Of a DNA stretch of 64,000 nucleotides, positions 13,078 to 25,928 are shown in pieces. A model generated the notes under the pieces. That model ran no database searches and was not told where the DNA came from. It saw only the letters and a list, made by a program, of their open reading frames with translations. Each line of letters starts with the position of its first letter. Position 1 is the stretch's first letter. Location of the stretch: assembly GCF_963921235.1 (NCBI RefSeq), contig NC_086109.1, forward strand, positions 14,262,001 through 14,326,000. The letters run 5' to 3'. Source of the stretch: Mobula hypostoma (taxonomy: Eukaryota). The position numbers and the translations under genes are program-made.

Positions 13078-13670
13078 TATGGTGCGTTGGCCTTCACTAT
13101 TTGGGGAATTGAGTTCACGGGCCGTGAGGTAATGTCACAGGGTCTATAAAACCCTGATTAGACTACACTTGGAGTATTGTGTTCATTTCTGGTCACCTCA
13201 TTATAGGAAGGATTTAGAATCTTTTGAGAGGATGCTGTTTAGATTAGGGAGCATGTCTTATGAGGATAGGTTGAGTGAGCTAGGGCTTCTCTCTTTGGAG
13301 TGAAGGAGGATGAGAGGTGACTTGCTAGAGGTGTACAAGATGATAAGAGGCACAGATTGAGTGGACAGCCAGAGATTGTTTTCCTATGGCAGAAATGGCT
13401 AATACCAAGGGGTATAATTTTACAGTGATTAGAGGAAAGTGTCAGTGGGTATCAAAGGTAGATTTTTCATACAGAGAGTGGTGATTGCACCAGAGGTTGT
13501 GGTAGAGGCAGATACATTAGGAGAATTTAAGAAACTCTTATACACGTGGATGATAGAAAGATCGAGGGCAATGCAGGAGGGAAGGGTTTGATTAATCTTA
13601 GAGTAGTTTAAAGGGTTAGCATTACATTGTTGGTCAAGGGACCCATACTGTGCTGTAATGCTCTATATTT
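13078..13670 (+). mobile_element. Decayed CR1 3' fragment
   Basis: ttggagtattgtgttcatttctggtcacctcattataggaagga and aggatgagaggtgacttg motifs of the CR1 RT C-terminus, with stops. Confidence 0.75.
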
Positions 13671-14723
13671 GGCAGATGTTGGAAATCCAGAGCAACATAA
13701 CACAAATGCTGGAGGAACTCAGCAGGCCAGGCATCATCTATGGAAATTAACAAACGGTTGACATTTTGGGCCAAGACCTTTCATCAGGACCGGAAAGGGA
13801 GGGGGAAGATGCCAGAATAAAAAGGTGGGGGCAGAGGAAGAATGATAGCTAGAACGTGATAGGTGAAGCCAGGTGGAAGGAAAAGGTAAAAGACTGGAGA
13901 GGAAGGAAAGATGTAGTGCTCTATTTTTGGTATTCTGTTCCAGCATCTGCTGCTTTAATGACACCAACCAAATTCTTGCTAAGTACCTCAATCTTAATTC
14001 CTTCAGTGTGTGCATCCAAAGTACTTCTGAATCTTAGTCAGCACTTAATGCAGGAAACATAACAGCCAGTTCTCTCACAGTGAGCTCCCACACATACAAC
14101 AATGCGATAATGATCTTGTAATCTTCAATTACTAGGGGTTAAATTGTGGTGTTCACGTTGACCCATGCCCCATGAACAACCGCCTTGCTTTTCCTCAAAG
14201 CGAGTGCCATGGGATCTTTTATATTCACCTGGTTTAACGTCACATCCAAGCGTAATTTCAGACCCTAAGACTGTAAGATGTAGGAGCAGAATTAGGTCTC
14301 TGCCATCAGGCAAACATTACAGGAGCATCAAAACTAAAACCACAAGGCTACTAAACAGCTTCCTCCCACAGGCAGTCAGACTGCTAACTAGCTGCTCTAC
14401 CTGACTCTGCTTTGGACACTTTTAACTTGCACTGGACACTTATAACTTGATTTTAACTGACATCTGGCTGTTGTGTTTTACTCTTTATTGTTATGTTTAT
14501 TATTTAGTGTTGCATTTGTTATGTTATGATTGCACTGCTTCTGGCAAACGCTGTCTCATTCTGCCCTGCAGAGCTGATGTACGGTTAGAATGACAATAAA
14601 GTTTTTCGAATCTTGAATTTTGAATCCATCCAGTCTGCTCCACCATTTCATCATGGCTGATCCATTTTCCCTCTCAGCCCCAATCTCTTGCCTTCTCCCC
14701 ATATCTTCATAATGTGAGCTCAC

Positions 14724-14822
14724 CTTCACAATATAGTCTTCACCCTTCATCAGGAAATTCTTTCCTCCCAGGTTAAAAGAAATATGAGGCAAGATTTGGA
14801 TCTGGTCACAGTTCACAATGTA
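14724..14822 (-). CDS. ren: Renin exon 8
   Basis: Translates YIVNCDQIQILPHISFNLGGKNFLMKGEDYIVK; acceptor ctttccttcacatgcag, donor gtgagc; 99 bp, phase 0/0. Confidence 0.9.
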
Positions 14823-15959
14823 CTGCATGTGAAGGAAAGAGAGGGAGGTAACTAGGTTAGAATTAGAAAGCTTTAGTATAACATTCTTCCCACTTCCTTC
14901 CTGCTCTAGTCAACCCAGGCTTCTGTTCCTCTCCATCAATTACAGAAATTGTTATTTCCCAATTCTGAATGCTCCATTTCATTACAGCAAAATGAAATAG
15001 GATTCATAAATTTGCAAATCTAAATCTAGTTCTTATTCCCTAAAATGTTGATGGCTCTCTGAGTTTTCATTTATTTCAAATCACACACACTCAAAAACGT
15101 TTTCAAGATGTCCTGGTGATTCTCTTCTAAGTCGCTGGGTTTCTTTCCTCATTAGCTCCCTCTATTTTTGTATGTGATTGATTGTGCTAACCACCATGCA
15201 ACTGTGCAGCCCCTTAGTTTGAATTACACCAGCTTCTGAACCATTAGAACAGCCTACACTCTCACAGTGTGGATTAGCCTTTATTTCTTTATTCATTCAC
15301 AGTAGAGAGTTTGTAAAGCTCACCACACGAGATCTTTGACAAACACTTAACAGTACAAAATCAACCCATAAACCTCTTCCCAACAGCTCACTGTCTCAAT
15401 GTTTCCATTCCTTTGTTAACCTACTATATGCAGCTAGTCCAGATCAAATTCAGTGCATTAAGTTCACCTTGTGCAACCAAGCACTCGGATTAACTTTGAC
15501 AAACTGCATGCACATTGAAAGTATTTTATTCTATTTATCTTTATTTGGAGATACAGCACAGTGACGGGCCGTTCCGACAGCCTTTGCTGTCTAATTACGT
15601 CTATGTGACCAATTAACCAGCGAACCTGTACGCTTTTGGAATGTGAGAGGAAAACATAGCATCCCAGAAGAGATCCAGGCAGTCACAAGGAGAACGTACA
15701 AACTCCTTACAGACAATGGTGGGATCTCATCTGGACACATCATGGCCAGAATCTGCAGCATTTCTTGGACTGCTGTTCAATACAAAATAGCCCCTTGTGA
15801 GGAATGGAGGATGCAGGAGAAATCATTGGAAGGAGGAAGGAATGTTGATAACTGGATGAGGCATTTAAGGAGGGATTGGATCTGATGGTCTAAACACTCA
15901 CGGAGAGATGCACCTGGATCTTAACTTTCAGGACATGGGGTGGGTTGGAGAGTCAGGAG

Positions 15960-18900
15960 CAGTGTTCCCTCTAAGGTATGTGTGCACACACATCTTCTGC
16001 TACTAGTGCACAAAAGAATTTAAACTGCGCACAAAAGGTTGTCACCCTCTACCTCATTAAGTACATTTCATGATCGTACACAATCACATTTCCTTTTCTG
16101 GTTTCTGATGGGGGCAGTGTTGATAACGTGGAGTTTGTGATGATTTCACTGCAGATTTTAGAACTGGCTTATTTATATTGCTTATTTTTAAGCAAGCAAA
16201 TCACACATGGACGGCATGCAAAAGCTCCAGTGAGAAAATCCTTCATTCCCCACGACAGGCCTCCTATGTGTGCTCTATGAGAGTGCAGATGAACGAGAGC
16301 AGAAATGATCAAATCCAGAAGAGCACAAAGTTCTTATCAGACCATAAGACACTGGAGCAGAATTAGGCCATTTGGCCCATCGAGTCTGCTCTGCCATTCA
16401 ATCATGGCTGATCCTTTTTGCTCTCTTCAGCCCCACTCCCCAGCCTTCTCCCCGTAAGCTTTGATGTCATGTCCAATCAAGAACATATTAAGCTTTGCCT
16501 TAAATACACCCACCAACCTGGCCTCCACAGCTGCCTGTGGTAACAAATTCCACAAATTCACCACCCTCTGGTGAAAGAAATTTGTCCGCATCTCTGTTTT
16601 AAATGGACACCCTTCTATCCTGAGGCTGTGCTCTCTTGTCCTAGACTCCCCCACTGTGTGAAACATCCTTTCCACACCTACTCTAACTGGGCCTTTCAAC
16701 ATTTAGAAGGTTTCAATGAGATCCCCACTCATTCTTCTAAATTCCAGTGAGTACGGACTGAGAGCTATCAAACGTTCTTCGTGTGATAACTCTTTCATTC
16801 CCTGAATCATCCTTTTGAGCCTCCTCTGAACCCTTTCCAATATCAGCAAATCTTTTCTTAGAAAACGAGTCCAAAACTGTTCACAATACTCAAGGTGAGG
16901 CCTCACCAATGCATTATGAAGTTTCAGCATCACATCCCTGCTCTTGTGTTCTAGCCCTCTTGAAATGAATTCTAACATGGCATTTGCCTTCCTCACCACT
17001 GATTCCACCTGCAAGTTAACTTTTAGGGTGTTACGCAGAAGGACTCCCAAGTCCCTTTGCATTTCAGGTTTTTGGATCTTCTCCCTGTTAAGAAAATAGT
17101 CTGCACATTTATTTCTACTACCAAAGTGCATGACTATGCATTTTCCAACATTGTATTTCAACCACTTTCTTGCCCATTCTCCTAATCTGTCTAAGTCCTT
17201 CTGCAGCCTACCTATTTCCTCAACACTACCTGCCCCTCCAACAATCTTTGTATTATCTGCAAACTTGACAACAAAGCCATCTATTCCATCATTGAAATCA
17301 TTGATATACAGCATAAAAACAAGCGGTCCCAACATCGACCCCTGCAGGACACTGGCAGCCAACCAGAAAAGGATCCTTTTATTCCCACTCGCTGCCTCTT
17401 ACCAATCAGCCAATGCTCTAACCGTGCCAGTAACTATCCTGTAATACCATGGGCACTTAACTTGGTAAGCAGCCTCATCTGCGGCATCTTGTCAAAGGCC
17501 TTCTGAAAGTCCAAATATACAACATTCACGGCATCCCCTTTATCTATCCTAGGTGTAATCTCCTCAAAGAATTCCAACAGGTTTGTCAGGTAAGATTTTC
17601 ATTTAAGAAAACCATGCTAACTTTGTCTTATCTTGTCCTGTGTCGCCAAGTACTCCATAACCTCACCCTTAACAATAGTAACCTTCTCAAGGGCAACTAG
17701 GGATGGGCAATAAATGCCAGTTTAGCTGGCAAAGAACACATCCCGCAAATGAATAAATAAAAAAAAACTCACTTCTGTTCCCTCACACCCTTCAACATCT
17801 GGCACATGGCTAGTGTCTTCCACAGGAAGAATGATGCAAAATACTTATTTTGTCCATCTGCTATCTCCTTGTCCCCCATTATTATTTCTCCAGCCTCATT
17901 TTCTAGTGTTCCTATATCCATTCTCATCTCTCTTTTATTTTTATATACTTGAAAAAGCTTTTACTATCTACTTGGATAATGTTTGCCAGCTTGGTTTCAT
18001 ATTTCATCCCTTCCCTCCTCATGGTTCTTTTAGTTGCTCTCTGTATTTTTTTAAAAGCTTCCCAATTCTCCACCTTCCTGCCCATTTTTGCTTTGTTGCA
18101 TGCCCTCTCTTTTGCTTTTACATTAGCTTTGACTTCCCTTGTCAGCCACGATCGAACTATTTTGCCATTTGAGTATTTCTTCTTTTTTGGAATACATCTA
18201 TCCTGCACCTTCCTCATTTTCCCCAGAAACTTTTGCGATTGCTGGTCTGAAGTCATCCCTTCCAGCAGCTCCTTCCAATTTACTTTGGCCAACTCCTCTC
18301 TCATATGACCATAACTTCCTTTTACTTCACTGAAATACTGCTATGTCAGACTTTACTTTCTATCAAATTTCAAGTTGAATTCAATCATATTGTGATCACC
18401 TCCTCCTAAGGATTCTTTTACCTTAAGCTACCAAATTGCCTCCAGTTCATTACATAACACCCAGTCCAGTATAGCTGATCCCCTAATAGGCTTAACGACA
18501 ACTGCTCTAAAAAGATATCTTGTAGGCATTCAACAAACACACTCTTGAGATCTATTACAAACCTGATTTTCCCAATCGACCTGCATGTTAAAATCTCCCA
18601 TGACTATCATAACATTGCCCTTTTGACACACCTTTTCTATTTCCTGTTGCAATCTGTGGTCCACATCCCAGCTACTGTTGGGAGGCTTGTATATAGCTGC
18701 CATCAGAGAGTTACTCTTGCAGTTTCTTCATTCACCCCACAAGGATTTAACATTTTCCAATCCTATATCACATCTTTCTACTAATTTGATGCCATTCTTT
18801 ATCAGCAGAGCCATGCCAACCTCTCTGCCTACCTTCCTATCCCTCCGGTACAACGTGTAATCTTGGACATTCAGCTCCCAACTACAACCATCCTTCAGCC

Positions 18901-20531
18901 ACAATTCAGTGATGTCCACAACATTGTATCTGGCTATCTGTAACAGTGCAACATCATTCAACTTATTTCTTATACTCTGTGCATTGAAATATAACTCTTT
19001 GAGTACTGTATTTGCTACCTTTTTTGATTCTGCATCCCTAATGCACTGATACTCACCCTGCTGGCTACAATTTTGTCCTATCATCTGCCTGCCCTTCCTG
19101 ACAGTCTAACCGCACACTATCTTTGCTTTTTTTGCCATCCGTCCTATCTTGAGTCCCTTCACTCCGGTTCCCACTCCCCTGCCAAATTAGTTTAAACTTT
19201 CCCCAACAGCTCGAACAAACCTGCCCACAAGAATATTGGTACCCTTAGGGTTCAGGTGCAACCCGACACTTTTGCGTAGGTCATACCTCCCCCAGAAGAG
19301 ATTCCAATGAACCAAGAATCTGAGGTCCTGCCCTTTGCGCCAGCTTCTCAGCACGCATTAATCTGCCTATCATCCTATTTCTATCCTCATTAGTGTGTGG
19401 TACAGACAGCAATCCTGAAATTACTACCCTGGAGGTCCTGCTTCTCAGCTTTCAACCTGGCTCTCTAAATTCTCTTTTCAGGACCTCTTTGCTTTTCCTT
19501 CCTATGTTATGTTATCGTTACCAATATGTACCAAGACATCTGGCTGCTCCCCCTCTCTCTCCAAAATGCTGTGGATGCGATCCGAGACATCCCCAACCCT
19601 GGAAATGGGAGGCAACATACCATTCGGGTGTCCCGTTCACATCCACAGAATCTCCTGTCTGTTCCCCTGACTATTGAGTCCCCTATCACTACTGCTCTCC
19701 TCTTCTCCCTCTTTTCCTTCTGAACCACAGACCCATGCTCAGTGTCAGTAACTCAGTCTCTGTGGAATTCCCTGGGGAGGTCATCCCCCACAACGGTATC
19801 CAACGTGGTATACTTATTATTGAGGGGAATGACTGCAGGGGAGCTCTGCACTAACTGCCTATTCACATTTCTATTTCTCCTGACAGTCACCCAGCTACTC
19901 ACCTCCTGCAGCTTAGGGGTGACTACTTCCCTGTAACTCTGATTGATTATCTCCTCACTCTCCCATAAAACCGAAGGTCATCCTGCTGCGGTTCCAGATC
20001 CCTAACCCAGTCTTCAAGGAGCTGGATGCCCTTCATGCAAATGTAGTTCCCTGGGAGACTCTGCGTCTCCCAGGACTCCAACATCCAGCGTGAAGAGCAC
20101 ACAATGGCCATTTACTACACTTAGTGCAGTAAGAGAAACAAAAAGGGAACCTCAACGGAAACTACCCGGAGCTAACACCTCTTCTGAACCAAAGCCTGAC
20201 ACTCCCACTCTCACCAGTGGCCCACTCCCAACAAAGGCCGCCCTGCTTGTTCCTTCTGTACTTTTAAACAAGTTTTGCTGACCTGTGAGAAACCTTGTCG
20301 CTGTGGCCTGCTCCCACCGCTGACTGGGCTGCCGGAATGAGACTAAGCGCCTGCGAAAGTCTCCTTTTTTCAAACAAGCGTAGCCGATCTCTTGACAGTG
20401 TTTTGCTAGCCAATAAAATGAATACCCCTATTTATAAAATTCAGTGCGCACGTGTTGTTGTCACTGGGTAGAAAATTGCACAGTAAAATATTTTTGCACA
20501 CGCTGATCATTACAAACTAGAGGGAACATTA
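15960..20531. mobile_element. Non-autonomous hAT-like DNA transposon split by a CR1 insertion
   Basis: TIRs cagtgttccctcta (15960) and tagagggaacatta (ends 20531); imperfect 8-bp TSD gtcaggag / atcagggg. Confidence 0.7.
16340..20390 (-). mobile_element. Near full-length decayed CR1 LINE (ORF1 esterase + ORF2 EN/RT)
   Basis: ORF pieces: AVVIGDSIVRGTDRRFCG (ORF1), LYFNAQSIRNK (endonuclease), QGSMLGPL and KFADNTK (RT), C-terminal QRVVNLWN; many stops, frameshifts and deletions. Confidence 0.9.
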
Positions 20532-20709
20532 ATCAGGGGATATATTCATTTAATGATGGCATTCTAGTGCAGTTCTAGTTTGTATTGCGGGATCATCTCT
20601 GAACAACCAAACAGAAGGTCATATTGTTCTGTGGCTATCACTCAAGCTGTTACCTAAGCAGCCAGCCATCAATCTGAACGTCGTACAGGTTGTATACCTG
20701 GCTAACTAT

Positions 20710-21990
20710 AAAGTTCAAAGTAGTTTTATTATTAAAGAACTTAAATGTCACCATATCCTACCCTGAGTTTTATTATCTGGCGAGTATTCATAGTAAACAA
20801 AAAGAAATACAGTAGAATCAATGAAAAGCACATGTGATAGAGATGGACAAACAACCAGTGTGCAAAAGACAACAAGCTGCGCAAATACAAAAAGAAAATA
20901 AGATAAGTAGATAAATAAACAAGCAATATTATCAAGAACATGAGCTTTCGAGTCCTTACAATTGAGTCCATAGGTTGTGGAGTCGGTTCAGTTTGGGGCG
21001 AGTGAAGTTATCCCCTCCGGTTCAAGAGCCAGATGGCTGAGGGGTAGTAACTGCTCCTGAACCTGGTGGTGTGGGACTTGAGACTTTTGTATCTTCTTCC
21101 CAATTGCAGCAGTGAGAAGGGAGCGTGGCCTGGATGATGGGGGACCTTGATGAAGGATGCTGCTTTTCTGTGACAGTGCTCTGGGTAGATGTGGTTAAAG
21201 GAGAAGGAGGGGAGGGCTTTACTCATAATGGACTGAGGTGTATCTGCTACTTTTTTGTCGGATTTTCCATTCAAGGGCATCGGTGTTTCCATACCAGGTC
21301 ATGGTGCAACCAATATATGTACACTTCACTGCACGGTCATAGAAGTTTGTCAAAGTTTTAGGTGGTATGCCCAATCTCCATAAACTTCCAAGAAAGTAAA
21401 GGCACTGCTGTGCTTTCTTTGTAATGGTAGTTACATGCTGGAGGTAGGACAAGTCTTCTGAAATAATAATGCCGAGGAATTTAAAGTTACTGACTCTCTC
21501 CACTTCTGATTCCCTAATGAGGATTGTTCACGGGTATCCTCCTTTTATTGTCGATAATCAGCTCTTTGGCGTTGCTGATACTGAGAGGTTGTTGTTGGAG
21601 CCACCAGTCAGCCAGATTCTCTATCTCCCTCCTATATGCTGATTTGCCACCACCTTTGATTTGCCCAATGCCAGTGGTGTCGTTAGCAAACTTAAATAAG
21701 GCATTGAAGCTGGACTTGGCCTCACAGTCTAGAGCGAGTAGAACAGGGGGCTGAGCACGTGGCTTTGTGGTGCATCTGTGCTGATGGAGATTGTGGAGGA
21801 GATGTTGTTGCCAGTCCAAACTGATTGTGGTCTGCAAGTGAGGACATTGGGGATCAAATTGCACAAGGAGGTATTGAGGCTTAGGCCTTGGAGCATGTTG
21901 ATTAGCTTTGAGAGGATGACAGTGTTGAAAGTAGAGCTGTAGTCAATGAGGAGTATCCTAACGTATGCATCTTAACTCTCCAGATACACT
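20710..21990 (-). mobile_element. Decayed Rex1/Babar-type LINE 3' part
   Basis: ORF fragments FKFANDTT, ERVSNFKFLGIIISEDLS, HPGHAPFSLL...RRYKSLKSHTTRFRSSYYP, homologous to the RT at 62463-63768. Confidence 0.8.
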
Positions 21991-24497
21991 TCTCAGAATA
22001 TTCTCAGCTGTTTTTTGGGTGTCAGTATGAAGTTCAAAGTAAATTTTATTATCAAAGTATATATATGTCACCATATACGACCCTGAGATTCATTTTCTTG
22101 TGGGCATACTGAACAAATCTATAGAATAGAAACTATAACAGGATCAATAAAAGGTCAACTAGAGTGCAGGAGACAACAAACTGTGCAAATGCAAATATAA
22201 ATGAATAGCGATAAATAACTAGAACATGAGATAACAAGATAAAGCACCCTTGAAGTGAGGTTAGTGGCTGCGGGAACATCTCAATTGATGGGCTTGTGAG
22301 TGTACTTATCCCCTTTGTTCGAGAGTCTGATGGTTGTGGGATAGTAACTGTTCTTGAACCTGGTGGTGTGAGTCCTGAGGCTCTTGTACCTTCTACCTGA
22401 TGGCGGCTGTGGGAAAACAGCATGGCCTGGGTGTTGGGGGATCTCTGATGATGGGTGCTGCTTTTCTATGACTGTATTTTATGTACTCACTGGTTAGAAT
22501 GAGAGCAGGAGACAGCAAAGGAGGTCTTTGGGCCCTGTTGTGCTTTGTGCTAGCTCTTTGAAAGGATTTAAATACAAATAGAAAATGCTGGAAACATTCA
22601 GTTGGAAAGGCTGCATCAGTGGAAAAAGAAATTGGTGGATTTTCAGCACTTACAAAAATCCATTGACTCAAAAGTTAAGCGTCTTTTCCCTGGATTGGAA
22701 AGTTTAAAAAGATATGGGCCAAACATGGACAAATGGGCTGAAGGGTGCAAACCTGATGAGAAGTCTCAACCTAAAGTGTTGACTGTTTATTCCTCTCCAT
22801 AGATGCTGCTTGACTTGTTGAGTTCCTCCAGCATTTTGTGTGATCTGTCATCAGAGACCTCCATCGTCCATGCTCTCTTTTCACTTCTGCCATCAGGAAG
22901 GAGCCTCAGGACCCACACCACCAGGTTCAGGAACAGTTATTACCCCTCAACCATCAGAGGGGACAATGCCATTCAACTTCACTCACCCTAGCACTGAACT
23001 ATTCCCACAACCTATGAAGCCTCTTTCAAGGACTCTTCATCTCATGTTCTCGATATTTATTGCTTATTTACTTGTTATTATTATTTTGTTTGTTGTTTTT
23101 GTTGTTTGCATTTACTGTGAAGGTTTACAAGGAAATGAATCTAGGGTTGTATACAGTGCCATATACATACTTTGATCATAAATCTTCTTTGAACTTTGAA
23201 CTTGAACTTTTTATGTTGCTCATGCTTTCAGCACGCGCAGAATCTTTTGTGTTTCTGGACAAATGAGTAGATAGGCATCTTGGGGTCAGCATGGATAAGT
23301 TGGGCCGAAAGGCCTGTTTCCCTGCTGTATGACTCTATAAATCTACATGTCCCCTTCTGCTGTCAATGATGTGCTTCCTAGGCAAAGAAAGCACAAGGGA
23401 GATACTCCCAGGGCAGGGATAGCACAGGTTAAACACAAACCAAGGCTTCTTTCATGTTGTCTTGCTACTGGGAAACATTTTATTATCTGCATCAAAGTGT
23501 CATTACCCTTTGCAGCCCTGTTTACAATGTTACTCCAAATAAAATAAAAGCAAGGCAGTGTTTGATATTTTAATGCAGAACTGATTTCTGCTATAGTAAT
23601 CCTGCTCTTTGGATAAGCTGTGGCATTGTATTGGCACTGGTCTGGCAAATCTTTTCAGAATGGAGCTGGCTGATCGTGTAAACTCTTCCCCTCCTTTGTT
23701 CCGGACAGACCCCATCATGAGCAGAAACTTAAGCTGAAGTTTGCAGACCTTCAGTAGAATCAGTGCTAGGTTTTTTAAACAGAAACCTTCTACAAATTGT
23801 ACCAATTGTAGGACCAAACTAAAGCTCTAAATTGGGTGTAATTATGTGAGTAGTGGGAAAATTATCCCTCTTGTGCTTCTTGATCTCGCTGCTGGAGATT
23901 CAGTATCACATGACCCTGCCACTTTGATCTGTCCCAAGCCTTCATTAACACTTGCCTTTTCAGGGAGCTTCCTCTTCCTTGCAGCCATTTTACAGTTTAA
24001 TGTTATGAATATGCTAAGGTGATGGGGTTATTACTTATTTCTGATGTTGGGGAGTTGTTGTAAGGTGTGGGGATGTGTGAGCTAGGGTGAGGGTCAGAGT
24101 TCCAGCTGCTTTGATGTGGCCCACACCTTCATTAACCTGGTCCAACACTACTTGCCATTATGGACCTGGTGTGTGCTGGGATGCATCATCAGTGATCATT
24201 GCATTTCAAATCAGGGATGATAATAGTTTATACCATCCAGACCTGGAGATTCAGTAGATGAAACAAGGCTCTCTGTGGTCAGAGACATGTTACAGAGGGT
24301 GAACGTAGCAAAAAAAAAACAGAAACAAAGTTGGACAAACAGGAAAGTGTTAGATTCAGATAAGAGGTTAGATCAGATTAACTTTATTTGTCACATGTAC
24401 ATTGAAACATATAGTGAAACATGTCGTTCATGTCAAATTAACTCGGTGAAGATTGTGCTGGAGGCAATTCACATGTATCACCTGCTTCCAGAGCCAA

Positions 24498-25115
24498 CAT
24501 AGCTCATCCATAACTCAGCAACCCTAACCATAGCTCGTCCATAACTCAGCAACCCTAACTATAGCTCGTCCATAACTCAGCAACCCCAACCATAGCTCGT
24601 CCATAACTCAATAACCCCAACCATAGCTCGTCCATAACTCAGCAACCCTAACCATAGCTCGTCCATAACTCAGCAACCTTAACCATAGCTCGTCCATAAC
24701 TCAGTAACCCTAACCATAGCTCGTCCATAACTCGGTAACCCTAACCATAGCTCATCCATAACTCAATAACCCCAACCATAGCTCGTCCATAACTCGGTAA
24801 CCCTAACCATAACTCATCCATAACTCAGCAACCCTAACCATAGCTCATCCATAACTTAGTAACCCTAACCATAGCTCGTCCATAACTTGGTAACCCTAAC
24901 CATAGCTCACCATAACTCAATAACCCCAACCATAGCTCGTCTATAACTTAGTAACCCTAACCATAGCTCGTCCATAACTTAGTAACCCTAACCACAGCTC
25001 ACCATAACTCAATAACCCCAACCATAGCTCGTCTATAACTTAGTAACCCTAACCATAGCTCGTCCATAACTCGGTAACCCTAACCATAGCTCGTCCATAA
25101 CTCAGCAACCCTAAC
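24498..25115. repeat. 31-bp minisatellite, 20 units (catagctcgtccataactcagcaaccctaac)
   Basis: Direct tandem units without spacers; 18 units of 31 bp and 2 of 30 bp give 618 bp; embedded in a minus-strand SINE. Confidence 0.95.
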
Positions 25116-25928
25116 GATAGGTCCTTGGAATGTGAGAAGAAAAAGGAGAACCCGGAGGAAGCCCACATGGTCAGGGACAACATACAAACTCTTTACGGAC
25201 AACGGCAGGAATTGAACCCCAGTCGGTGATCGCTGGCACCGTTACGCAATTGCGCTAACTGCTACGCCACCCTGCTGCCAGTGGTTCAGCTCCAATATTC
25301 AAGAAGTTCTGAACGAGCCAGGACAAAGCAACCTGCTTGATCGATGTAGCATGTACCACTCAACACGTTCAGCACCTCCACTTCTGTGGACATTAGCTAC
25401 AGTTCAGTAACTTGGCCAAGATGCCCCGACAACATCTTCCAAACACACACAGCCTCTGCCACCAGGAATTTAGGAGCATTGGAACACCAGCACCAGCGGA
25501 TTCCTCCTCTAATCACACAGTACTTTGAGTTGGAGATATATCACCATTCCCGTATTGTTGCTCAATCTAAACACCGAACCTTCCCTGAGTAAACCATAGG
25601 GTATAGGAGCAGAATTAGGGCCCATTGAGTCCACCCCGCCATTCCATCATGACCGATTTATTTTCCCTCACAGCCCTATTCTACTGCTTTCTCTCCATAA
25701 CATTTTGACACTGACTAATCAAGAACATATTAACCCCCTCTTTAGGTATACCCAATGACTTGTCCTCCTCAGGCATAAGTGGCAATGAGTTCCACAGATT
25801 TACCACACTCCGGCGAGTGGAAGTTTCTTCACCTGAAGGACTGTAGCAGTACAAGACCCACCACCAAAGCCACTGAGAACTGGCAATGGCTACTGGCCTT
25901 ACCAGGACGTCCAAACTCCATTAATTAA

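Noticed and set aside
24498..25115. CRISPR array or interstitial telomere
   Set aside because: Units are contiguous with no unique spacers, there are no cas genes and the context is eukaryotic; CCCTAA occurs at most once per unit, not as a (TTAGGG)n run.
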